Shown one piece after another: positions 27,499 to 36,039 of a DNA stretch of 43,361 bases. The notes beneath the pieces are model-generated. The model worked only from the letters and a program-made list of their open reading frames with translations, did no database searches and was not told the origin of the DNA. Position 1 is the first letter of the stretch. Each line of letters begins with the position of its first letter. Source of the DNA: Desulfobacterales bacterium. Lineage in GTDB: Bacteria > Desulfobacterota > Desulfobacteria > Desulfobacterales > JAHEIW01. The position numbers and the translations under genes were made by a program. Location: assembly GCA_041559695.1 (NCBI GenBank), contig JBFFCW010000002.1, positions 1-43,361 of the forward strand, read 5' to 3'.

Positions 27499-29859
27499 AT
27501 GACACCGGAAATCATCCTCGTGCTGTCCATTCTGATCGTCGCCGTCATTCTTTTGATTACGGAATGGATCCCGATGGAGGTCACCGCCCTGCTGTCGCTT
27601 GGGGCGGTTACCCTGACCGGCCTGATAACGCCGGCTGAAGCCCTGACGGGTTTCAGTAACCCGGCCGTCGTCACGATCTGGGCAGTATTTATTCTGAGCG
27701 GGGGCTTAACCCGCACAGGGGTTGCCAATGCCATCGGCGACTTTGTTTTGAGACTGGCGGGCAGCAGTGAAACCCGCATGATCGTCGTTATCATGGTCAG
27801 CGCCGGTGTGATGTCCGCTGTCATGAACAATGTGGCCGTGGCGGCGCTAATGCTTCCGGTGGTCATGGATATTGCCCGCCACACGGGAAGTGCGCCGTCA
27901 AGGCTCCTGATGCCGCTGGCATATGGGAGCCTGCTGGGAGGGCTGACCACGCAGATCGGGACACCGCCCAACATCCTTGTCAGTGAGGCCCTGCGGGATG
28001 CAGGATTAAAGTCTTTTACGTTTTTCGATTTTACACCCGCCGGGCTGGCGATTATGCTTGCCGGCACTGCATTTATGGTTCTCTTTGGGCGCCGTATTTT
28101 GCCGCGGCGTGATGTTGCCAAAGAATTAACCCGCAATAAAACCATCGACTGGGGTGGTGAAGATGACATTGACGAGCAGTTGTTCAATATCCGCATACCG
28201 CCCGACTCGATGCTCATTAAAAAAACGCTCGCCCAAAGTCGACTGGGATCGGCTTTAGGCTGGAACGTGATCGGCATCATTCGCAATAACCAGATACGAT
28301 CCGCACCGGGACCCACCGAAACCTTGCAGACCGGAGATCAGTTGATGGTGGAGGGCCGAATCGAAAACTTAAAAGAATTAAAGAACTGGCGGCAGCTAAT
28401 TGCCGATAAGGGGGGAATCGATATCCAGGAGCCCTATTCGGGTGACATCAAAATTGGAGAAATAACCCTTGCGGGAAACTCTCCTTTTATCGGCAAGACG
28501 CTTAATTCCATCGGCTTTCGCGGCCGGTTCGAAGCCAATGTGCTGGCGATTCGCCGAAGCAGCGGCGTCAGGCGCACCAATCTCCAGGACATACCGCTGG
28601 AGCGAGGAGATGTGCTTTTGATTGCCGGACATCATGAACGCCTGGAAGACTTTAAAGATATTTCCGGATTCGAGCAATTCAGGTTCGTTTCCCGGTCGGA
28701 GCTTATCGATGTCTATCACCTGCACGAACGCCTGATGGTCATGACCGTGCCACCGGATTCGGCCATGATTGGTAAAAGCCTGAAAGAAAGCCGGCTGGGG
28801 GAAAGCCTCGGCAGCCGAGTTCTGGGCATTCTGCGGGGTGACGATCCAATCCTGATGCCGGAACCCGGGGAAACCTTGCAGGCCAATGATCGGTTGGTGG
28901 TCGAGGGTCGCCTGACGGATTTTGAAATCTTACAAGAGCTTGAAAAGCTGATCATCGAACGACGGACCCGTCCGGACATCAAAGCATTGGTTTCGGGCAA
29001 TGGCGGACTGGTGGAAACGATTCTTTCACCGCAAACGAGACTGGTGGGTAAGACGCTGCGCCAGCTGAATTTCCGTGAAAAATACGGTTTGAGCGTGATG
29101 TCCATATGGCGCGAGGGCAAGGTCTACCGGTCAAACTTGCGGGATATGGCCCTGCGCTTCGGTGATGCCTTACTTTTGTTTGGCCCACGGGACAAATTAC
29201 GCATGCTGGGTCGTGAGCCCGATTTTATCGTACTGACGGGAACCGCCCAGGAAGAGCTGCGACTGGAGAAGATGAAATTTTCAATTTTCATTATGGTCGG
29301 TGTCTTGTTGCCGGTAATTATCGGATGGGTGCCGATATACATCGCTGCTGTAATTGGTGCGGCGCTGATGGTCGTCTTCGGCTGTATTACCATGGATGAA
29401 GCCTATCGCCAAATTGAATGGAAAGCCGTTTTTCTGATTGCCGGGCTCCTGCCGCTCGGAGCCGCGCTTGATCAAACCGGAGCTGCCAGGCTGATTGCAG
29501 AAGGCGTCGTCACTTTTGTCGGCCCGTACGGCCCCCGGGCGGTAATGTTGGGCCTGGTGGCACTCACCTTTCTGGCGACCTGCTTTGTGCCGACAGCCGC
29601 ATTGGTGGTGCTCATGGCGCCCATCGTTTTAAGCACCTCAGCGAATATGGGGATGGTTCCCAATGCCCTGCTAATGGCAATTGCCATGGCGGCATCTGCC
29701 AGTTTTATGACACCCATTTCACACCCCGCCAATATTCTGGTGATGGGGCCTGGAGGTTATCGGTTTATGGATTATTTCAAAGTCGGCGGATTACTGACAA
29801 TCGTCGTTTTGATTGTTATTATGTTTATCCTGCCACTTTTCTGGCCGCTTACACATTAA
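27499..29859 (+). CDS. SLC13/DASS-type anion permease with four central RCK_C (TrkA-C) domains
   Basis: Permease halves lie at both ends (LITEWIPMEVTAL..., FMTPISHPANILV). Four repeats of the RCK_C pattern lie between them (e.g. LVVEGRLTDFEIL, LLLFGPRDKLRML). Confidence 0.85.
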   Translation: MTPEIILVLSILIVAVILLITEWIPMEVTALLSLGAVTLTGLITPAEALTGFSNPAVVTIWAVFILSGGLTRTGVANAIGDFVLRLAGSSETRMIVVIMVSAGVMSAVMNNVAVAALMLPVVMDIARHTGSAPSRLLMPLAYGSLLGGLTTQIGTPPNILVSEALRDAGLKSFTFFDFTPAGLAIMLAGTAFMVLFGRRILPRRDVAKELTRNKTIDWGGEDDIDEQLFNIRIPPDSMLIKKTLAQSRLGSALGWNVIGIIRNNQIRSAPGPTETLQTGDQLMVEGRIENLKELKNWRQLIADKGGIDIQEPYSGDIKIGEITLAGNSPFIGKTLNSIGFRGRFEANVLAIRRSSGVRRTNLQDIPLERGDVLLIAGHHERLEDFKDISGFEQFRFVSRSELIDVYHLHERLMVMTVPPDSAMIGKSLKESRLGESLGSRVLGILRGDDPILMPEPGETLQANDRLVVEGRLTDFEILQELEKLIIERRTRPDIKALVSGNGGLVETILSPQTRLVGKTLRQLNFREKYGLSVMSIWREGKVYRSNLRDMALRFGDALLLFGPRDKLRMLGREPDFIVLTGTAQEELRLEKMKFSIFIMVGVLLPVIIGWVPIYIAAVIGAALMVVFGCITMDEAYRQIEWKAVFLIAGLLPLGAALDQTGAARLIAEGVVTFVGPYGPRAVMLGLVALTFLATCFVPTAALVVLMAPIVLSTSANMGMVPNALLMAIAMAASASFMTPISHPANILVMGPGGYRFMDYFKVGGLLTIVVLIVIMFILPLFWPLTH

Positions 29860-29931
29860 AGATAATTGCGTGCTATTGGATATCTTCCGATTTTGGAAAT
29901 ATTAATTTATTGCCGAAGTCCAGCTCTGCTT

Positions 29932-30945
29932 CTAACTTTCACCAATAATATCTTCTTTAAAATCCGCTATAATGGGTTCAATGCCGGCAAGCCGATCGAT
30001 TCGGGCGATGTGAATGACCGCATCGCCCTGGTGAACGAGCGGCAAATTCAGCCGGCCGATGACCATCCCGGACACGGGCGATTCGATCGCTGCTTCAGGG
30101 CCGCCGAAGGGATCTGCAATTTCTCCGATCTTTTTGTTTTTGCCGACTTTGGCGCCAAGCGGGACATTCATATGCAGAATGCCGGAGGCCGGTGCGCGAA
30201 TCCAGGTGGTGGCTTCAGCGATCAGCGGCTCGATGGTCACTTTGCGTGCCCGGCTGGGCCTGAGCATCCCAATGGTTTCCATCACCGATAGAATACCCCT
30301 AATTCCGGCACGAATGGCGACTTCATCAAAGCGCAGCGCCTCACCCGCCTCGTATAACAGAAAAGGGATGCCCTTTTCGGCAACCGCTTGCCGAAGGGAA
30401 CCATCGCGAATGCTGGCATTAATAATAACCGGAACTCCAAAAGCTTCGGCCAGGCGCAGTGTATCCGGATTCTCTATATTCGCACGAATCTGAGGAAGGT
30501 TGGTACGGTGATTGGAACCGGCGTGTAAATCGATACCGTGGGTGCTGTTGGCCACGATCTCGTCCATAAATATGTCCGCCAGCTGCGATGTCAGGGAGCC
30601 TTTTTCCGAGCCCGGAAAGAAGCGATTGAGATCGCGGCGATCGGGGGAATAACGCGACTGCTTCAGAAATCCGTACACATTTACCACCGGAACCGCAATC
30701 AGCGTACCTTTCAGTTTTGCAATTTTTTTGAGTTTCATCAGCCGCCGGATGATTTCAGTGCCGATGATCTCGTCTCCGTGAATGGCAGCACTGACAAACA
30801 AGCGCGGGCCTTCTTTATGGCCGTGAATGACGTGAACCGGCATCGTCATTTGGGTGTGCGTATACAGGCGCGCCACGGGAACATGGATCGTGGCTTGCCG
30901 GCCGGGCGTTATTTTTGAACCCGCCAATGATAGAGGCGGTCGCAT
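29932..30945 (-). CDS. Succinylglutamate desuccinylase/aspartoacylase (AstE/AspA, M14-like) family protein
   Basis: SAAIHGDEIIG (zinc His/Glu motif) and HGIDLHAGS. ATGA overlap with the rimK stop. Confidence 0.8.
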   Translation of the reverse strand: MRPPLSLAGSKITPGRQATIHVPVARLYTHTQMTMPVHVIHGHKEGPRLFVSAAIHGDEIIGTEIIRRLMKLKKIAKLKGTLIAVPVVNVYGFLKQSRYSPDRRDLNRFFPGSEKGSLTSQLADIFMDEIVANSTHGIDLHAGSNHRTNLPQIRANIENPDTLRLAEAFGVPVIINASIRDGSLRQAVAEKGIPFLLYEAGEALRFDEVAIRAGIRGILSVMETIGMLRPSRARKVTIEPLIAEATTWIRAPASGILHMNVPLGAKVGKNKKIGEIADPFGGPEAAIESPVSGMVIGRLNLPLVHQGDAVIHIARIDRLAGIEPIIADFKEDIIGES

Positions 30946-31850
30946 CAGCCTTTCCCTCTGGTTCGGGTTTTTCCGGGCCCGGCGTTTTTTTCGATGTATT
31001 CGATAATCATACCCGCAACATCTTTACCGGTGGTTTTTTCGATGCCCTCCAATCCGGGTGATGAATTGACTTCCATGACGACCGGCCCGTGGTTTGATCT
31101 GAGCATGTCGACGCCGGCGACTCTTAACCCCATGATTTTGGCCGCTCTGACCGCTGTGGAACGCTCTTCAGGGGTAATGCGCACTTTATCGGCGCGACCG
31201 CCACGATGGAGGTTGGATCGGAATTCACCTTCAGGCCCTTTTCGCATCATGGCGGCAACAACTTTATTTCCAATGACCAGGCAGCGAATATCGGTCCCGC
31301 TGGACTCCTTGATGAATTCCTGCACCAGAATATTGGCTTTAAGGCTGCGAAATGCCTGGATCGTACTCTGGGCTGCCTTTTTGGTCTCGGCGAGCACAAC
31401 ACCGACGCCCTGAGTGCCCTCGATCATCTTGATTACCAATGGTGAACCACCAACAAGCCTGATGAGATCATCGGTAAACTTGGTTGAATGGGCAAAACCG
31501 GTGACCGGAAGGCCGATGCCTCTGCGGGCCAGCAGCTGCATACTCCGCAATTTGTCCCGCGAGCGGCTGATGGCAACCGATTCATTGAGACAAAAGACAT
31601 CCATCATTTCGAACTGCCGCACCACCGAGGTGCCGTAAAACGTAATTGAGGCGCCGATGCGCGGGATGATGGCATCGAAGCCTTCCAGTTGCTCGCCTTT
31701 GTAATGAATGGCCGGGTGATGTGAGGTGATGTTCATGTAGCAGCGCAGGGGGTTAATGACGTGGGTTTCATGATTTCGCTTCCTGGCACCTTCAATGAGG
31801 CTCCGCGTAGAGTAGAGCTCAGATTTGCGCGAAAGTATGCCGATTTTCAT
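30945..31850 (-). CDS. rimK: RimK, ribosomal protein S6 glutamate ligase-type ATP-grasp enzyme
   Basis: Near-colinear resemblance to E. coli RimK as I recall it (MKIx[16 protein letters not shown], EGTQGxGVVLAET, FRSNLHRGG, [17 protein letters not shown]). Confidence 0.95.
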   Translation of the reverse strand: MKIGILSRKSELYSTRSLIEGARKRNHETHVINPLRCYMNITSHHPAIHYKGEQLEGFDAIIPRIGASITFYGTSVVRQFEMMDVFCLNESVAISRSRDKLRSMQLLARRGIGLPVTGFAHSTKFTDDLIRLVGGSPLVIKMIEGTQGVGVVLAETKKAAQSTIQAFRSLKANILVQEFIKESSGTDIRCLVIGNKVVAAMMRKGPEGEFRSNLHRGGRADKVRITPEERSTAVRAAKIMGLRVAGVDMLRSNHGPVVMEVNSSPGLEGIEKTTGKDVAGMIIEYIEKNAGPGKTRTRGKG

Positions 31851-32344
31851 TTTGTTGCCTTTTTTTTTATTTTTGTTTTGTATGCTTTTGTCAATGATCG
31901 TCCGGTCAGGTAGGATCGACCCGGATTTAGCAGGAATCTGTTTTCAACGGCCTTGCGTCCGAGCAGCATTCTGAAAAGCATCAGGTCTCTGTTTGTCAGT
32001 GTAATATCGATCGGCCAACTCACGGCTCCCATTACTGCTGTCGTCCGAATTACATAACGTTTCTCAATATGGCCGCCTGAATCCTTTACACGGCGCTTCT
32101 CTAACACCGGTGCTTCACAAAACCTTAGGATATCTTTTCGGCGCTGCAGCGGATGGATGCCGAATCGCACCATTTGCCGGCCCTCTGCAACAAACTCCTG
32201 CAGATCGAATACATGCAATGCGGAGGTGCGGGCACCCGTGTCGATTTTGGCCTTAACCGCGGGTATGCCCAGATCCGGCAGCCCGATCCATTCCTTCCAA
32301 CCGATTATTGTTCCTGGATGGGCAATCTTTTTTTTTCTTTTCAT
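31847..32344 (-). CDS. RimK-associated retropepsin-like ('ATP-dependent zinc protease', DUF785/RimB-type) protein
   Basis: [30 protein letters not shown] is the hallmark motif of this family. ATGA overlap with the rimK start. Confidence 0.8.
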   Translation of the reverse strand: MKRKKKIAHPGTIIGWKEWIGLPDLGIPAVKAKIDTGARTSALHVFDLQEFVAEGRQMVRFGIHPLQRRKDILRFCEAPVLEKRRVKDSGGHIEKRYVIRTTAVMGAVSWPIDITLTNRDLMLFRMLLGRKAVENRFLLNPGRSYLTGRSLTKAYKTKIKKKATK

Positions 32345-32522
32345 CTTTCCTAAAGTCGTTTAAAGATCAGACACCAACGCACTCAACCCGCAGTGTCCTT
32401 ATGGGCTCATTTATCATAATTCGAAAATGTATATATTGATTTTTAAGATGAACTAGTTTCTATATAGAAGGTTGTTACAGTGTCAATATTTATAATTTTA
32501 GGTCAGAATTTGGCGCCCGTTT

Positions 32523-33761
32523 TTACTCATCACGGTGCCGGGCGAGGTCGCTGTGAAGCATTTCCACGAAGGCTTCGATGCGGGTTCGCAGCTGGCCTTC
32601 GGCAAAATTACGCTGGTCCACGCAATCCACTTCAAGGTTCAATACCGGCACGCCGATTTCTTTGAGGCCCTCGCTGATCAGCCCCCTGGCGCCGGTGCCC
32701 TGGCGGCAGCCCCAGTTGCAGGGGTTGATGGCACCGTCCAGGCTGTAGGCCCGGGCCAATTTCTGGAGGTGTTCAATCCGGCGCTGAATGCTGCCGTTAA
32801 GCGGGATGGCAATGGCCCGGCGGGCCAAACCGGGATACGGGTCTTGCGGGTCAATGGGATCCCAGAAGATGTCATTTAATTCGTCCGATACGATATTGGC
32901 CCGGTACTCTTTTTCCAGCAATTCGACCAGCGGATTGTTAAATTGGATACGGTTTTGAATCCATAACAAACGCAGCTTTTCACCGGGTACGCCCGGGATG
33001 CCGTTATCCACTCGGGCAGTGAATTCGTCCTTATAGGCCCGGGCAATTTCAACGGCAGCCTCAGTGCCGCAAAATAATGGCATGACAAGCCCGAAATTCG
33101 TGAGCAGGCGGCCGTCGGTGGGCGAGGGGATGTTTTGGGCAAGTTGATATACGTCTTTCATTATTTTGCGGGTGCGGTTTGTGCTTTCAACGGTCTGGCG
33201 CAGTTTGTCCTCATCGAGCGGCTCACCCGTGTGCCGGGTAACAAATTCAACCATATCCCTTATCTGGTCGGCGAGATACGCGACGTTCTGTTCGGAGTCT
33301 TCCTGGGGCACATTCAAAACGAACAGGTCCTTGTCGAACAGGTCTGCCAGATTTTCCATGATGGCAATTCCGCCCGAGCAGGGGCAGGTGGTGGCGATCA
33401 GAAAATCCGGCTCGGGCATGATTTTTTTGCGGGCGGCCCCGATGACCGAACGGTGGTATCCACACGTATCGCCGACGAAGCCGGCCTGCTCGGCTTCTTC
33501 CAGAAAGGGATCGGCCGTTCCGGTTGCGGCCAGCACGGCGCCCACAAATTCAACAAAGCAGGAGGTGATACCCATGGCGTTGAGCAGGTTAAACGGGACG
33601 GCGAGGCCGCACCAGGCAACCGTGTTATTACCGGAGTACAGGCGACTGCCGAGCCGGGCCGTTTCCAGCGCATATTTTTTTCGGGGATTGGGTAGATCCG
33701 GATCTTGCAAAATTTTGGCTTCAATTCCATCTGCCATGTCTTTAAAGTATTGATACATCAT
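32523..33761 (-). CDS. 2-hydroxyacyl-CoA dehydratase / benzoyl-CoA reductase BcrC/BadD/HgdB-family protein (larger subunit)
   Basis: Family-typical Cys motifs (GDTCGYHR, TTCPCSGG, NPCNWGCRQG) and the conserved C-terminal RTRIEAFVEML. Confidence 0.8.
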   Translation of the reverse strand: MMYQYFKDMADGIEAKILQDPDLPNPRKKYALETARLGSRLYSGNNTVAWCGLAVPFNLLNAMGITSCFVEFVGAVLAATGTADPFLEEAEQAGFVGDTCGYHRSVIGAARKKIMPEPDFLIATTCPCSGGIAIMENLADLFDKDLFVLNVPQEDSEQNVAYLADQIRDMVEFVTRHTGEPLDEDKLRQTVESTNRTRKIMKDVYQLAQNIPSPTDGRLLTNFGLVMPLFCGTEAAVEIARAYKDEFTARVDNGIPGVPGEKLRLLWIQNRIQFNNPLVELLEKEYRANIVSDELNDIFWDPIDPQDPYPGLARRAIAIPLNGSIQRRIEHLQKLARAYSLDGAINPCNWGCRQGTGARGLISEGLKEIGVPVLNLEVDCVDQRNFAEGQLRTRIEAFVEMLHSDLARHRDE

Positions 33762-33833
33762 AGATTTCGCCTTTTTTGTAAATTCAGGTTAAATTACAAC
33801 TTAGCTTTATCCGGCAATGCCTTATAATTTATT

Positions 33834-33907
33834 CACGAAAACACGAAATATAGGAAGCGCGAATTTTTTTTTCTTTTTCGTGTTTTATATTATTTTGTGC
33901 TTTCGTG
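33834..33907. repeat. Four CACGAAA/TTTCGTG heptamers forming an interrupted inverted repeat in the inter-subunit spacer
   Basis: CACGAAA at 33834-33840 and 33842-33848. TTTCGTG at 33876-33882 and 33901-33907. Confidence 0.5.
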
Positions 33908-33954
33908 ATAGATAAATCTGTATCGTTTCAGCGCGCTATCTTAGGTTCTTACAA

Positions 33955-35010
33955 TTAATCCAGCATTTCGATAAACGCTTCGATTCGGGTTCGTTGCTGT
34001 TCGATGGATCGCAGGCTGCAGTCGCCTTCGAGCAGCAATAACGGAATGCCGGCTTGGCGCAACGTCTCGCGTACCGCCGGCAGGCGATCCAGGTAGGGAT
34101 CGCAGAATTTGATGGTTTGGCCGATAACGCCTCTGGCGCCCGAAGCCCGGGTGCGTGTCAGGATGTCTTCGGCCATTTTCAGCGGTTGGCCAGGGTCAAA
34201 TGTCCGCGCACAGGGCGGCCGGGTCAACAGGCTGCGGGAAATTTGCAGCACTAAATCCTGGTTCTCACCCAATTCTATCGGTGTGAATAATCTTGAACCG
34301 GTGCAAAGATCATCTTCGATAATCCGGGCGCCGCAGGACTCGAAAAACGTCAGTGCTTCCGGGTCCGGCAGAACATTGCCGAAAAGAAAAACAGGGATTC
34401 CGTTGCTTTGCGGGTCTTTTGACTCCGGTTCGGCCAGCGCCTGCTTCAGGCTTCGTGCGCTTTTTTCAAAAGGCGCCATCATCGCTTCATTATAAAACGT
34501 TTGCATTCTGGTGCTGCCGCCTGCCAGTACGCCCTGGCGTAAGCGCTCGCGCAATCGGTTAAAAAGGGGCGGCAGCTGGTTATATTGCTCGATGCTTGTT
34601 TCTATATCGCTGTTGGTGATGTTGCGCCCGCTCCATTCCGAAAGCGATTCGGTCAGACGGGCCAGCTCCCCGGCAAAATAAGCAACTGCGGCATCGTCCG
34701 CGGTAGCGGGCAAATCCAGCAATATGATGCTGTCCGCGGGGCGCACGCGCTTCCAGGCATCCGCCAGGCGCCGCATGGCATCACAGCTGTTCATGAAAAC
34801 CGCGCCGTGAAGATCCGGAAGATCCTTGCTGATGGCGCGATCCAGGATGCGTTTGACATGCGGGCAGAGATTGTCGTGCAGCAGCTGCCCGGCCTGATCC
34901 GGGCAATCGCTCATCGGCAGGATGCGGTACGGCGTGTAGCCGGCCGCATCGATTAGGGCCAGCGGGGTATAGGCGCAGGCATAACCTATTTTTTCAGTAT
35001 TTTTTGGCAT
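33955..35010 (-). CDS. 2-hydroxyacyl-CoA dehydratase-family protein (smaller subunit)
   Basis: N-terminal IGYACAYTP, NSCDAMRR, KFCDPY and C-terminal RTRIEAFIEML, as in HgdB/BcrB-like D-component subunits. Confidence 0.8.
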   Translation of the reverse strand: MPKNTEKIGYACAYTPLALIDAAGYTPYRILPMSDCPDQAGQLLHDNLCPHVKRILDRAISKDLPDLHGAVFMNSCDAMRRLADAWKRVRPADSIILLDLPATADDAAVAYFAGELARLTESLSEWSGRNITNSDIETSIEQYNQLPPLFNRLRERLRQGVLAGGSTRMQTFYNEAMMAPFEKSARSLKQALAEPESKDPQSNGIPVFLFGNVLPDPEALTFFESCGARIIEDDLCTGSRLFTPIELGENQDLVLQISRSLLTRPPCARTFDPGQPLKMAEDILTRTRASGARGVIGQTIKFCDPYLDRLPAVRETLRQAGIPLLLLEGDCSLRSIEQQRTRIEAFIEMLD

Positions 35011-35104
35011 ATCCGTTTCGGCTCCTCATTGTGTTTCAAGAGCAAGACGCTTTAACCAATAGGGATGTAAGGTTCAATGCGAATAAAAGCTAAAAAAAAG
35101 GATT

Positions 35105-35554
35105 TTAAATATTTTCTTCATGCGCATTGGTGAGTACATGGCGCAATAAGTTTTTAGTTTGCGAGATATCCTCCTGCGGGATGCCGTCAAAGACTTCGGT
35201 TATCACCCGCTCTACCACTTTTAGCACCGGATCGCGCACCTGCCGGCCGGTCTTTGTTAAATTAATCCTCAGCACCCGCCGGTCAGTGAGATCTGCCGTG
35301 CGCGCAACCAAATCATCGCGTTCCATGCGATCCAACAAGCCCGTCATGGTTGAAGGTTCCAGCCCTGCTTTTTTGCTAAGCTCGATCACTTTTAACCCAT
35401 CCGCCTGCCACAGGCTCATCAGCACGCATAAATACGCCGGTTTTACCTGCCCAACCCCTGAGGATGCGAATTCCTTTTTTAAAGCGGCCGTCACCAAAAG
35501 GCCGACGCGTGATATCAGATAATATGGGCATTCTTTAAGTGTATTCAGCATCAT
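35105..35554 (-). CDS. MarR-family transcriptional regulator
   Basis: Winged-helix pattern (LSKKAGLEPSTMTGLLDRMERDDLVARTADLTDRRVLRINLT). Confidence 0.85.
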   Translation of the reverse strand: MMLNTLKECPYYLISRVGLLVTAALKKEFASSGVGQVKPAYLCVLMSLWQADGLKVIELSKKAGLEPSTMTGLLDRMERDDLVARTADLTDRRVLRINLTKTGRQVRDPVLKVVERVITEVFDGIPQEDISQTKNLLRHVLTNAHEENI

Positions 35555-35573
35555 TTTTGCCCGCCTTTTTATA

Positions 35574-35597
35574 ACGTATACGGATTATACGTATACG
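35574..35597. promoter_or_regulatory. Candidate MarR operator: two copies of ACGTATACG (palindromic core CGTATACG) 15 bp apart
   Basis: Copies at 35574-35582 and 35589-35597, 20-43 bp upstream of the marR start codon, in the marR / HMGR-like divergent region. Confidence 0.45.
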
Positions 35598-36039
35598 AAA
35601 TATTGTGCCGTGTCAATGGCACTTTTCTTGAAATTTCTAGCGGTCATCATAAACGGATATAGCTGAAATGGCAGTTATCGGCTACTTCGTTAAATAATTC
35701 CAATCCCCTCATTCTGTTGCTTTGATGTTGGCCTGCGTGTTTTCGGGAGCTGAAAATATACTGTAACCGCCTTCACCTAATTTAACTCTTGCATAAATTC
35801 CGCTATGAAATAAACATATGCTGTCAATCTTTAAAGGAGGCGCTTGCCAAAAGCGAAAAACGAGTTGTTTGAAATCGATTAATCATGCTAAACAGGGCGG
35901 GTCGTCCGCGGGAATCAGAATAGCCATCTATTTATGTTGAATTTTGGGGGATTTACCGTGGGCCCATCGGCCTGCAAAAAAAATATTATCGGATTTGGAC
36001 AGTAACTTATTCGGAAAGAGAGCAACGAAGGAGGAAGCA

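Noticed and set aside
27477-28316. Long antisense ORFs inside confirmed genes (e.g. 27477..28316-, 20165..20974-, 19030..19731-, 5072..5662-, 17444..17923-)
   Set aside because: They lie entirely within well-supported genes on the opposite strand and have Ser/Arg/Pro-rich low-complexity translations with no motifs. These are typical shadow ORFs.
35617-35632. TGGCACttttcTTGA in the marR / HMGR-like divergent region
   Set aside because: The -12 element is TTGA (GA, not GC), and the site lies ~410 nt from the downstream start codon. This is at best a weak candidate.
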